DNA from: Octopus sinensis
Lineage: Eukaryota
Assembly: GCF_006345805.1 (NCBI RefSeq)
Contig: NC_042998.1
Span: forward strand, 55,118,001-55,182,000
Length of the DNA stretch: 64,000 nt
Direction: 5' to 3'
How positions within the stretch are numbered: the first letter of the stretch is position 1; every line of letters starts with the position of its first letter. A program made the position numbers and the translations under genes. Of the stretch, positions 52,291 to 64,000 are shown one piece after another. A model generated the notes under the pieces. It was not told where the DNA came from, searched no databases, and saw nothing but the letters and a program-made list of their open reading frames with translations.

Positions 52291-52454
52291 TGTTTGTGAA
52301 CATTTTTCATATTTTATAACTGTATATTTGAACTCTTCTATTGATTTCATATTACCATAAATTGTGAGGTAAAAATGTATTTTAGTATATCAATTTCTGA
52401 TATACTATTGTCTCTTTTTGTAAATGTAAAGATAAAGTGTGAGCATATAACATC

Positions 52455-52460
52455 AATAAA
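52455..52460 (+). terminator. Candidate polyadenylation signal of the crok-like gene
   Basis: AATAAA about 165 nt after the stop codon; such hexamers are common in AT-rich DNA, so support is weak. Confidence 0.3.
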
Positions 52461-52804
52461 TGATTTAGATACACCTATGTGTAACTAAATCATTAAGAAG
52501 CATTAAGAGAGATTTCATATATATATTTTTTGTATAGTTTATTATATATGTCTTCTTTTTCTTTAACAATACATATGTTTTATACTTTGCTCTCTTCATT
52601 AGAATCATTTCAGAGAAGCAGTTCCTATCAAATATTAAATGATAATTAATCAAGTCAATTAATTTGTAGACAGTTTTGCTACTTTCAAAGATGGTAGTGA
52701 AACTTTCAGAAATAATTCATAGTTTCAATGTTAATACATGAGTGAGACTGAATATTGTGTGTGTGTGTGTGTGTACGAGACATAGTAATTCCAATGATCT
52801 GGAT

Positions 52805-53327
52805 CAGTGTTTCCCAAACCTTCTCTCGGGAACCCTTGAAATAATTCTTTATCGCAGGGAACCCCTACATATAATTAGTATCAATCTTTATTAATGGTTT
52901 TTTTCCCCCTCTTTCATAAAGTAAAATTTCATGGGAGATTAAGCAAGTTATAAAACTGTTTTTGATAGATTTTGCACTGTGAAACCTATCAGTTATTACA
53001 AAAATATTAGAAATTCCATTTTAATTAAGTGCTTGGTTAGAATACCTTAAAAATTCTCCATTATGAGGTTATTTTCTTCATCAAGTTACCTTACAACATA
53101 CAGCAGCCAGGATTTTCCTGTTTTAGGGAATAATCTTATATGTCCATATAATAATACTACAAACAAGAAGTAAAATTAAATGCAATGATGATTCAGAAAT
53201 ATATTTGATTATTATTAGCCATTTATTATCACCATTTCTGATGAAGCCCCTAGAATCCTCTCACAGAACCCCTAGTATTCTTTAATGGAACCTTAGGGCT
53301 CCTAAGTACCCTAGTTGGGAAACAATG
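52805..53327. mobile_element. hAT-type MITE (523 bp)
   Basis: TIRs CAGTGTTTCCCAA / TTGGGAAACAATG with ggaaccc-type subterminal repeats; TSD not preserved. Confidence 0.7.
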
Positions 53328-53886
53328 ATTTTAGCCAATGAATAATGCTGTCTTACATCTGTCTATGAATCAAGGACTTCCATTTTTGCTAAACCTTTGT
53401 AAATTACATCAACACATGTTATTATGTATGCTTGTGTTTACATTTTGAAAATTAGTGTTATAACATAGGATATCATATACTATGACTATTTTTTATAGAG
53501 TGAGATATGTGACCAACAAAATAAATATATTAATGCATTCACATATTTGCCTTAATATTGCACCAAAATATGGTGTTAGTTGAATGTTCTTTTTCTCAAG
53601 TTGTTTATATCCCATTTTTTATTATTATTATTACAATTATCAATACACTGATTGTGGATAAAAATTGTCTTGAAAAGTTTGTGTAAATCTTCATTGTTTT
53701 TCATTGAGTGATCTTAAGTCTTAGAAAAGATTTATAGAACTTAAGCATTTGTTTTTGCATAATTTTTGTTAATTTTCTTGCAAGTTCTATGACATTTTTC
53801 TTCACACTTACTCAACCCTCTCTCTCCATACACATATACACACACACACATATACATACATACATATACATACATACATACATATA

Positions 53887-53960
<74 letters not shown>

Positions 53961-54777
53961 ATATATGAGTTGTTTGGTAGGTGACTTGGTGGAAGATTAT
54001 GCACTGAATTCTGAAACAGTTACGTTGTGTAAGAGCCACTTTAACCTTTAAAATCACACAGGATCTATTACATCCTCACTTTAATTATTTCTCAGTTGCA
54101 CAGCTTATTATGACATGTTAAAAAATTTCATCACAATTCTGCAATCTGGTATCTGACTTCATTAAGATGTAGTGGAATTATGATAGCTTTATAATTGATT
54201 GTGCTATGAAGAATTAAATGAAAGCAAATTTTGTGTGTTCTTAAATGATTAAGTGAACTGTTCTGCAATGTAATTGTTATATACAAACACATGCATGCAC
54301 ACACACACACACTCAGAGGCATATGTGTGCAAACACGCATACATGCACGTGCATGTGCACACACACATATAATAGAATAAGAAATACAAAATCCTTCGTA
54401 CAGTGCTATATATTTGAAAAAATGAATAGAAATGGGTTTTCTGATAATTTTTCCACTTTAATAATTAGATGTTAATAACTTATAAACATAATTATTGAAG
54501 TGAAAAAAGTTATCAGAAAAGTCATTTCTATTAATTTTTTTTCAAATGCATTATATACACACGCACACATGCACACACACACACACACATATATATATAT
54601 ACATGCAGAGATATATATATATTTATACATGCATATATATATATATGTACACACACACACATATATATATATATATCAGTAATAATAAAAGGTGAAATTA
54701 ATTAATTAGGGATAATTATCAATTACACCAAGTAGATTTCAGCATGTAAAAGCCCCATTCGAGGAAAATTTAAGTAA

Positions 54778-55014
54778 TACTAAGTAATTAAGGGTTTAGC
54801 AACGAATTGCCTCACCAACACACCGAATTTAGAAATAGCAGTCAAAGAGATATAGCTATTCCTTCTACTAAAAGGGGGATCTCAGCAAAAATTAAAATTA
54901 AAATACAATAAGAGATCCCCCTTTTAGTAGAAGGAATAGCTATATCTCTTGACTGCTATTTCTAAATTCGGTGTGTTGGTGAAGCAATTCGTTGCTAAAC
55001 CCTTAATTACTTAG

Positions 55015-55016
<2 letters not shown>
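54778..55016. repeat. Near-perfect long inverted repeat (arms 54778-54883 and 54912-55016, 28-nt spacer)
   Basis: Direct comparison: one mismatch and one 1-nt indel over 106/105 nt. Confidence 0.95.
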
Positions 55017-55046
<30 letters not shown>

Positions 55047-55410
55047 TATATGTATAGAGTGTTAGAAGTAGTGTACAGATATTGTTTGTATATATATATA
55101 TATATATAGATAGATACACACACATATATGTATATATATATACATACACACACATATATGTATATACATATACATACACACACACATATTTACACACAGA
55201 CATGTATATATATACACACACAAACACATATATACATACACACATATATACATACACACATATATACATATACATATATATAAAAAAACACATATATATA
55301 TATATTTATATATGCATCCACACATCCACACTTATCTATATATGAATATATACATACATATATATATATATATAAATATACATGCACATACCTATATATG
55401 CATATATATA
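55017..55410. repeat. Degenerate (TA)/(CA) microsatellite field
   Basis: Directly visible; source of several spurious ORFs. Confidence 0.9.
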
Positions 55411-56049
55411 TATGAAACATCCATTTTTTTTAATGTTGGCAGAGATAGAATTATTTTTGCTGCTGGATGTCCATGGTACCTCTGCCACATATCTACTCGA
55501 AGTAACTGGGCAAATGGTTTTTTTGTGCCTCACCCAGGAACTCAATCCAATATTTTTTACAAACTTTTGTACCAAGCCATGAGTTTGGGTTTCAGTATCC
55601 TCCCTTGAAGGTCTGGCTTATTGTGCTTCTAATTTTTTTATGTCATTACAAAGTTAATGATTTGGTTAGGGTTTTAAACAATCAACTTACCCAATTAGAA
55701 TCTGAATTGGTTTTGTCATTACATCTCTTCAAACAATGAAAGAAGTGAACATTGTATTGCCACATCAGACAAAATTTTTAGCAACATTTCTTCCAACATT
55801 ATATTCTGAGTTCAAATATCACTGAGGTCAACTTTGCTTTTCTTTCATTTGGGATTGATAAAATAAGTACCAGGGGTCGATGTAATTGACTAACTACACA
55901 CCCCGAAAATGCTGGTTTTGTGCCAAAATTTGAAACCAATATCACTATTTTGATAAATGCCTGTCATTAGAAATATGTGATTTATAAATGCAGCACCATT
56001 GTCACTTGCAACTTTATTAATATTTTTGGTAGTAATAAGGTAGAAGAGT

Positions 56050-56372
56050 AAAGACCCACTTCGGTCATGAATGACCATGAGATTGCACCTACAAAATAAC
56101 CCTCCTATGCATAAGTCTGGGCATGGTTATTTATGGAAGGCCAGCAGTTGCCCATGCATACCAGCTTCCCCTCTCTATACCACCAATGTTATCCAAGGGA
56201 AAGGCTGATGCAGCTTGATGCTAGTGATGTTGTACTTCATTTCTACAGCTGAGTGAACTGGAGCAACATGAAATAAAGTGTCTTGCTCAAGAACACAACA
56301 CACACCCTGGTCCAGGAATCGAACTCACTACTTCATGATTGTGAGCCTGACACTCTAACCACTGAACCATGC
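56050..56372 (-). mobile_element. SINE family A, full-length antisense copy
   Basis: Reverse complement of 13043-13370; ccaggaatcgaactc B-box and ctctaaccactgaaccatg A-box. Confidence 0.8.
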
Positions 56373-57123
56373 ATAGTATATGAATATAATGGGCTAAAGC
56401 TTAAAAATTATTTTTATTTTACATAGAACCTAAGCACAAAAAATTAAAGGATTGTTAAATATGAAATAATGGTTAGTGTTATAATTATTGTAATTATTAG
56501 ATCTTATTGTATTTTAATTATTGTATTTATTATTAGGCAGATTAGTAGAATCATAAGAGCATTGAAGAAAAACTCTTGCAGTAGGATTTCTTCCTGCTCT
56601 TGCTGTTCTAAGTTCAAATCCTGCTGAGGTTAGCTTTTGCCCCTGTGGGTATCAGTGAAATACCATACAGTCAAGTATTGAGATCAGCATAACTGATTAT
56701 TCCCGTCCCCTAAATTTCAGACCTTGTTCCTATGTTAGAAGCAATTATAATTATTATTGTTGTTTATGTTGTGGATGGTAGAATCGGTAGATCACCCATC
56801 AAAATCTTTCATGCAGTTTTCAGTTATTTCTAGAGTCAGAATGACGTTGGAGTTGCTTAATCCTTTAATCGTCCTTCAGGGGTTGATAAAACAAGCACTC
56901 AAGTTGATGTAATTGGTTATACACTTCTCCCAAAATTTTTCTCTTGTACCTCTGTAAAATATATTGTTTTAAGATTATTGTAATTATCAGTGCATTTGCT
57001 GAAAATTTTCCTTTAAACTTTGAAGATTACTTTTATATTACTTTAATAATTGTAAAACTATTTGCATTTTGTAGCTATAAAGCTATCAGTACAATGATTT
57101 CTACCATATGTATGTATATGCAT

Positions 57124-57165
<42 letters not shown>

Positions 57166-58558
57166 ATCATATATTTTCTCACTCACAAATGTACATAATA
57201 TAACTACACGCTTATATATCAAATAGACAGCTTTTAATAATTGTGGAAACATCTTTTGTATTTATACATATATACATATTAATTCTTATATCAATTCTTT
57301 CCATTATATACATACATACAAATATATATGTATGTTTTACAATATGATATTGTAAAATTGTATCTTTTTAAAAAAATTTTATTCTCTATAATATTGTATC
57401 TGAAACCAAAACAAACTGAACATCTTCAAGACATTCCAAACTGTATATAAGTAATGAAACAATTAACCCCAGTTAAAAGGGATTTATATATATATATATA
57501 CATATATAAAGTGCTATAATGTTATTTTTGGTACTTAAATGCATAAAATAAAAATGTTTTCCTTAAAAAAAAATAAATAAAAATTATTCTTTTAGAAATT
57601 TGGTTCTTTTTTTCACTTTTAAATTTCATTTTTTTATGTGTTTGTCTTTTTATGTTAGATTCTGATTGAAAATTCAAAAATTAGCATTTTTTGTTTCCTT
57701 GTGACTATGTGTCTGTAAGAGCTAAAGAAGAATATGTGTAGCATTCAAAAGCAGAATAAAACAGATTTAGTTTATCTTTTTATTAAAATGTCATAAATTA
57801 CATAATTTTTACATGTGTTTCAATAATGAATAATAGTGTGCTGTGCAATAATCATTATGTAGATGATTACAGAATCACATTGAAACACAAGATCTTCAGA
57901 AGAAAATTAGTAATTTAATCCATAGTTATTTAATAGCCTTGGTTGGTTGGCAGTGCTAAATAAAAACTATTATATAATGAATTTTGAATCTGCTGTATAT
58001 CACTGTAGTCCAGAGATGTCTTATATTGGGCATCTATTATCTAACAAGAGGAAGCTATTTTTAATACTAATAAGGCATTGAAGGGTGGTGGATTGGATCC
58101 TTAGACAATCAGAAAAACTGCATTGCAGTATTTTTTCCAGTTCTTTACATTCTGAATTCATTTCCTGTTAGAATCAGTTTTGCCTTTCAACTCTCCAAGA
58201 TCTATAATATATAGTACCAATCCAGTCTTTCTGCTCTTCACCATTCTCTCGCCCTCTTTCTCCTTTATTCTCTCTAGATGGACAACCGACAACCAATGAA
58301 GGGTCGTCATTTATGTTACTTGTCTTGTTTTCCATTTGTTTCGTTGTTCGCATACCCAAATTTATCTTCGTATTTCATGTTGCTTTCGTATTTTGTTTTT
58401 CATGCTGTTTACGTTTTGTGACGTCCTTTACCCATATATGCATATGTGTGTATATATATATGTATATAATAATTTAATAAATAAAATATATGCATACATA
58501 TATATGTACGTACTTCCATCTACATGTATATATACATGCATATATAAATATATATACG

Positions 58559-59239
58559 TGAGTACAGGACACCACAAATAGACGTAGAACTCAACGAGAA
58601 ACGAAAACGTAAAAACAAACATGAAAACGGACCTTTTTTAACAACGAAAAAACAGAGTACAAGGCAAACAACACAAGGAAAATTCCCCTTCATCAGCTGT
58701 CCCTAGTTCGACTCCATGCGTGTTTCGAAGATGAGGACAGAACACGACTCGTCGAACTAGCCCTTCCTGCGAAAGAATTAAATAAAATTCCTTTGCAGAG
58801 GGGTAAAAACAAGGAAAGAAAAAAATGTGACGAAAACAGGACGTAAAAACGATACAAATAAAATTACAAAATAAAATACAAAATAAAAATACAATTACAA
58901 AAAAATACAGTACAAGAAATAAAAACAAACAAGAAAACAAACAACGAGGGCCTTTTTTGGCCTAGACGAGGAAAGATTTTTAAGGAAAAAAGAGTGTTCA
59001 CTTGTAGGAGGCCGCAAGCAAAAGGAAGTGGTCGCCCGGCTGTGAGAGAGATGAGGAGGGGTGAGAGAGAGAGATAGAGAGGAAAGGAAACCAGAAAGGG
59101 TGAAAAAGAGAGACAGGCAAAGAGGAAGACAAGGAAGGAAGGGAAGGTCAAGCAAAGGGTTATAGAGTTTCGCGTCATAATTATATATAAAAACTTACTT
59201 GGAGGAAACGAAACGACGCGAGGCGTTTCTTCCAAGTAA
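58559..59239. mobile_element. Unclassified repeat family E, longest copy, CpG-rich (possibly Penelope-like)
   Basis: Terminus gagtacaggacaccac shared with 39355-39480, 47029-47700 and, inverted, 58278-58433; classification is inference only. Confidence 0.55.
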
Positions 59240-59368
59240 AATTTTATATATATGTATATATTTATGTATATATATATATATGTATGTGTGTGTGCATGTA
59301 TATATATGTATATATGTATTTGTTTATATGCATATTTGTTTATATGTATACATATAAAATTTATTAAA

Positions 59369-60433
59369 ATGGCATATCTATCGCACTTTCAAAGAGGTCA
59401 AATTGTAGGTGCACTTATGGTAGACCCTAGCGTAACGAAAACAGTCGAAATGCTTGTTGTGTCAAGAAGTACTGTCTCGAAAAGTAATGACAGCCTTTGA
59501 GAAAGAGGGATAACCCTCCTCGTCGAAACAAATCTCCGGAAGAAAACCAAGACTTTCAGATAGGGACCGTCGGACTCTTACGCGAATTGTTAGAAAGGAT
59601 CACAAAAATACAGCTCCCAAAATTACTGCAGATCTTAATGACCCCCTCGAGAACCCAGTTTCCTCAAACACTGTTCGCTTGGAGCTGCACAAAGCCAGAT
59701 TCCATGGGAGGACTGCAATCAGAAAACCACTACGTTCAAAAACAAACATTGCAAAGCGTTTAGAGTGGAGTAAAAACCTACAGAATTGGTCCTTAGAGCA
59801 GTGGAAGAATACTGTTTTCTCGGATGAGTTATCCTTTACCTTATTTCCAACCACCGGCCGAGTATACGTGTGCAGACGGCCAAAAGAAGCATTTGACCCA
59901 GACTACCTTCTTCCAACTGTTAAACATGGAGGAGGATTTGTGAGGCTATATCTTGTAAATCCGCCAACCCAATGGAACTTCATGGGAGAATTAGTAGTCA
60001 AGACTAAGCATTTTATCTGATCAAATTTATCCTATGGTTACAGAACTGTTTCCGGAGGGAAACGCAATCTTTCAGGATGATAATGCAGCAATTCGCTCAG
60101 CTAAAGTTGTTACTGAATGGCACGAGGAACTTTCTAGTGAAGTTGAACATCTCATCTGGCCACCACATACTCCAGATTTCAATATTATTGAACATTTAAA
60201 AAAAGAAAAAGAAGTAAGGAGTCGATATCCTCCACCATCATCACTACAAGAACTGGAGACTGTTTTAGCTGAAGAATAGACAAAAATTCGTTTGGAAACA
60301 ATTCAAACTTAGTACGAGTCCATGCCTCGTAGAATTTCAGGCTGTAATTACTGCCAAAAGCGGTCCTACCCGATATTAAAATAAATTTGTTTGAAATTTT
60401 AAGCTGTTTCCATTATTTTGTCCAACCCCTCTA
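59369..60433 (+). mobile_element. Degenerate Tc1/mariner transposon with DD36E-spaced transposase; right TIR present, left end missing
   Basis: Broken ORF 59369-60379: MAYLSHFQRGQIVG...GRKPRLS...RKPL...WKNTVFSDE...TVKHGGG...FQDDNA...WPPHTPDFNIIEH, with frameshifts and a TAA. Right TIR ctgtttccattattttgtccaacccctc is followed by TA (60432-60433). Confidence 0.93.
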
Positions 60434-60483
<50 letters not shown>

Positions 60484-63400
60484 CGTGCGTGTATATATGT
60501 ATATATATATGTATGTATATATATATGTATGTATATATAAAGAGATAGATAGTTGGATACACAGACACACATATATTTGAGCTTGCCTTGGATTTCTGTT
60601 ATAGCTACTCTTGATGTCTTGGACCTAGTTCTGGAGGAAGAATTCGAAATATAAGTTCAAAATCATTTGACCGCTACTATGCATTCTCTACACTGAGCTT
60701 ATCTTACTTTCACCTACTGACTGTCTGTATGTATAAGTGTGCATGTGAGTTTGTGTCTCCCCTGATACTAGGTAATTGTTATTAGCGAAGTGTCACTGTC
60801 ATCATGTATTGCCCACGTTTACCAGTCTTTCGTGATAATATGTCCAGCCATGGAGAAACATCACTTTACTTGGTAATCTGTGGGTTGGTGACAAGAAGGG
60901 CATCCAGTCATAGAAAATCTGCCTCAACAAGTTCTGTCCAACCCATGCGGGTGTTAAAATGATGATGATGACGACGAATGTCATTGGTCTATTAAAAAGT
61001 AAGATCAGCTAGGTGGATTTATTCACTCAGCTCATTTTACTTTTTCTTATTTTTGTAACTTTTAATAAAATTTCGAAAGTTCATATCAATCTTTTCAATC
61101 CAGGAAGGACTATTTTGATCATAGTGTCCTCTTCTCCGAACTATTTTATAAAAGACGATATAGACTTCATTGATTATTTTACTATAGCTGTTTGACAGAA
61201 TAAAACAGCCTTCTCTTCTTTCAAAAAGAAGGCACTTGTGTACTATCTTTATAGAGGACTAGAATTACAGCTAAATCTGTCCTGTTCTCAAAAACATATG
61301 TTGGACATAGTCAAAGCCACTGAATGAGCAGCAGAACCCAACTTTTTTGCACCACGAAGAAAGTTTTTTCGCGCATCAGGGATCAGGCGCATAACAAAAC
61401 CCAAAGTGCATAATATATAATTTGATTATTGCATGCATAATGCAAAAACACCCGAGCAGACTGCGATAGTCATAAAACGAGATTTTACAATTTATTCTTT
61501 GTGTGACACTCGGTACCAAAGGACCCATGGTCCGGTACTAGTCCGCGGCTAGCTGGTTGAGGATCTCTTGTACATTGGAAAGTTTTGGCATTTTCCCTAC
61601 ATTTTGGATAGGTCCTGTTGACAATCCAACTGTACCTGCAAAGCTTATTTCGAACTGGTTGCATTTCAACGCCAAGGACTTCTGCAAACTGTCTATAATC
61701 CTTAATCTGACTATTCTATACAAAGATTGGATTTATTGGAATATATTGGCTACAGAATGAATGAAGATTGTATTGTGCAATTCTTAATTGCAGGCTACTG
61801 ATGATTTCATTTCATCGACAATACACACTAGATTCAGTCTATTTTGAGAATAATTGTTTGAATCAACAAGGGAACAATGAATCGCTGAAGGACTGCAATA
61901 ATACTAAAGATTCAAAGATTCATCACATCTCTAGGGTGGTTGAACAATCGATTCTATAATACAAATTTATCAAAGTAATCAGCTCCTTTTGTATCACTAT
62001 GTTTTATTTCTTGTATACAGCTACGATCCTGAGATAATTATCAGTATCATGCGATGTTTACATCCCATTTTCAAATCTTACCTGTTTGAGCATAAATTCA
62101 TCTTGTTGCTGTTTCTTTTCTCGTCATAAATAATTTCGCAAATTATACTAGAAAGAATTAACACCAACAATCAATGAATGAAAAGAAGGACAAAACTGGC
62201 AGGTACTGCTTAACAGCAGACTAAACGCATTACAGTATTTAGTTTTGTTCCTGTGTATTCTGAATTGAAATCCTACCCTAATTGACTTTGCTTTTCAGGT
62301 ATCTAAGGATACTGTTAAAACAGACAATGGTGTTAAAGAGAGGGATCAGATCAATCAACTGCTGCCCTTACACCCATCAAAATAGCCACTTCTCTTCATA
62401 AAAGAAATTTAGTACCATGTCAGAGTTAAAAATTTTCTGTGATTGTGTGTAATACTATTAAAACAAGCTCTCTCTTATTACCTTACGGCAAGATTTTTAA
62501 GTTGGCTCCTTAAAAGTGCGCATTTTTAAGTCGGCTCCTGCACAGGGCTAACTGGACCTAAAACTAAAGAGAGCTAAATAGCATGACTCTAATACGTCTA
62601 TAATGACTGACTATACCCCGGTGGTATTTGATCAGAGGCTAAGGACGGATGAGAATTAATCCTGTAGTGCAATCATTCTATTGCTCCAGTCCCAAGTTGA
62701 ATTCCAGCTGTTGGCCAATTTGCCCCTAAGTTCATAGCTCGACGTAAAATTTACGAAGCGAATGTCATTTATTTCCTCCTTGTTCTCTGACGTTATCTGA
62801 GAAACGTTAACCAAGATGGTGTGAATCAGTTAAGTTTTACCTGCTAGAAATAGCAACCTAAATGCTTTTGAGTCAGATCGTAATGCTGGATGTTCAAGAA
62901 CCAAATGAAGGACAGCTTTTCAAAACCCGGATCATCCTGATTCCAAAATGGTATAATATGTCTATGTAGAAGAAATGTAGACTCAGATACAGTAGTCCCG
63001 GACAGACAGAATTTCGCGTTTATTAATATAGAAGTAATTTTCGTAAATTCGAAGGAAATGATATGCTTCTAACATTACTACCAACCAACAATTACATTAG
63101 AGCAAGGATCTTAAGTGCGGAACGAAATTCGATTAGTGGGTGGCAAACCCAGTTCTTCAGGTAAGATGATCAAAGTGTTTTCACTGCCCCTCGAAAGTCT
63201 TAGCGGGTGCGCTGGCATTCCCTATTCCAGAGCCTATTGGAAGGATTGCAATAGATTTAATTCACCGAGTACTAAGCATATTTTATTTCATCGACCTCGG
63301 AGACAGGAAATGCAAAGTTGGCTCTTAAGGAAATCCTAATTTAATTGTATTAAAAATACATATTGGTGAACCAAGTTTCCCTTAAACCCTAATATTAATT

Positions 63401-64000
63401 AGTTTTGAAACAATGCATTTGTGGATAGTTAAAAGTGGTTTTACTGTTGCTGAGAACGATTCTAAATCAGAGTCGAAACTTATATACGACTGTTCCTTTC
63501 TCTGTTTACAAGCATAATTATAAAGATACGTTGTTTACATTTGTCGCAATAAAGTGTTGGCTAACACATGTAGACATATGTTCGAGAGTACATTATATAA
63601 AAATGAAGAGGAACGTGACTAAATATTCTCATCATATTATTCAGTCAGTCGATCTACCATCATAAAAATATATAAGAAGGAAATGAGGGATTGTAAACGG
63701 GGCAAAATGAGTAATTTCTGATTTCTTGTAATTCCTTTTTTGTATAATTGAAACCAATACATTGCAAATACTGCATCGTCATTTTGTATTGTTGCATCAT
63801 CTTTGGGAATAAAAATTGGTCAGCATAGTTGTTGGAGATGAGAAAGTTTGAAACATATTCAAATGACAGGTCCTTTTATTTTCGAGAATTTTTTCGTCCA
63901 GTTTGACGCGATTATAATTGAGATAGCTATCTGGATAATCTTTGGTGTTTAACGATTAATATTCTTTTCGCTGTTGGATTTTAAGTCAATTTCTTTCACA

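Noticed and set aside
58690-58735. Minus-strand GAAAC...GTC...CTGATGA suggesting a type II hammerhead
   Set aside because: Stems I and III cannot be formed convincingly and no GAAA follows the putative stem II
62850-63032. Helitron-like 5' end on the minus strand (TCTATATTAATAAA...CTGTCTGTCC)
   Set aside because: No matching hairpin plus CTAG 3' end found and the flank is T rather than A; too incomplete to call

Overview
AT-rich, microsatellite- and repeat-dense eukaryotic genomic DNA, not a prokaryotic or phage locus. The SINE/MITE repertoire most resembles an Octopus (cephalopod) genome; this is from recall and was not searched. One protein-coding gene is supportable, on the + strand: a GPI-anchored Ly6/uPAR three-finger protein of the crooked (crok)-like family. 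It has a probable signal-peptide exon at 15839-15887, a solid exon at 21533-21697 and a solid terminal exon at 52070-52290 (about 144 aa), with a 30,372-nt intron. The rest is mobile-element debris: at least four SINE-type families, TTAA-, TA- and hAT-type MITEs, a Helitron helicase remnant, a complete non-autonomous Helitron, a decayed DD36E Tc1/mariner transposon, LINE remnants and an unclassified microsatellite-abutting repeat family. Most long ORFs in the track are microsatellite artefacts. No CRISPR array, rRNA or intact tRNA gene was seen. I cannot support a claim of a wholly new biological system. The best leads are the DD36E transposon, a decayed hammerhead-like motif, a near-perfect 106-bp inverted repeat, and inverted SINE pairs around a symmetric exon. 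SINE and LINE boundaries are approximate (tens of bases).
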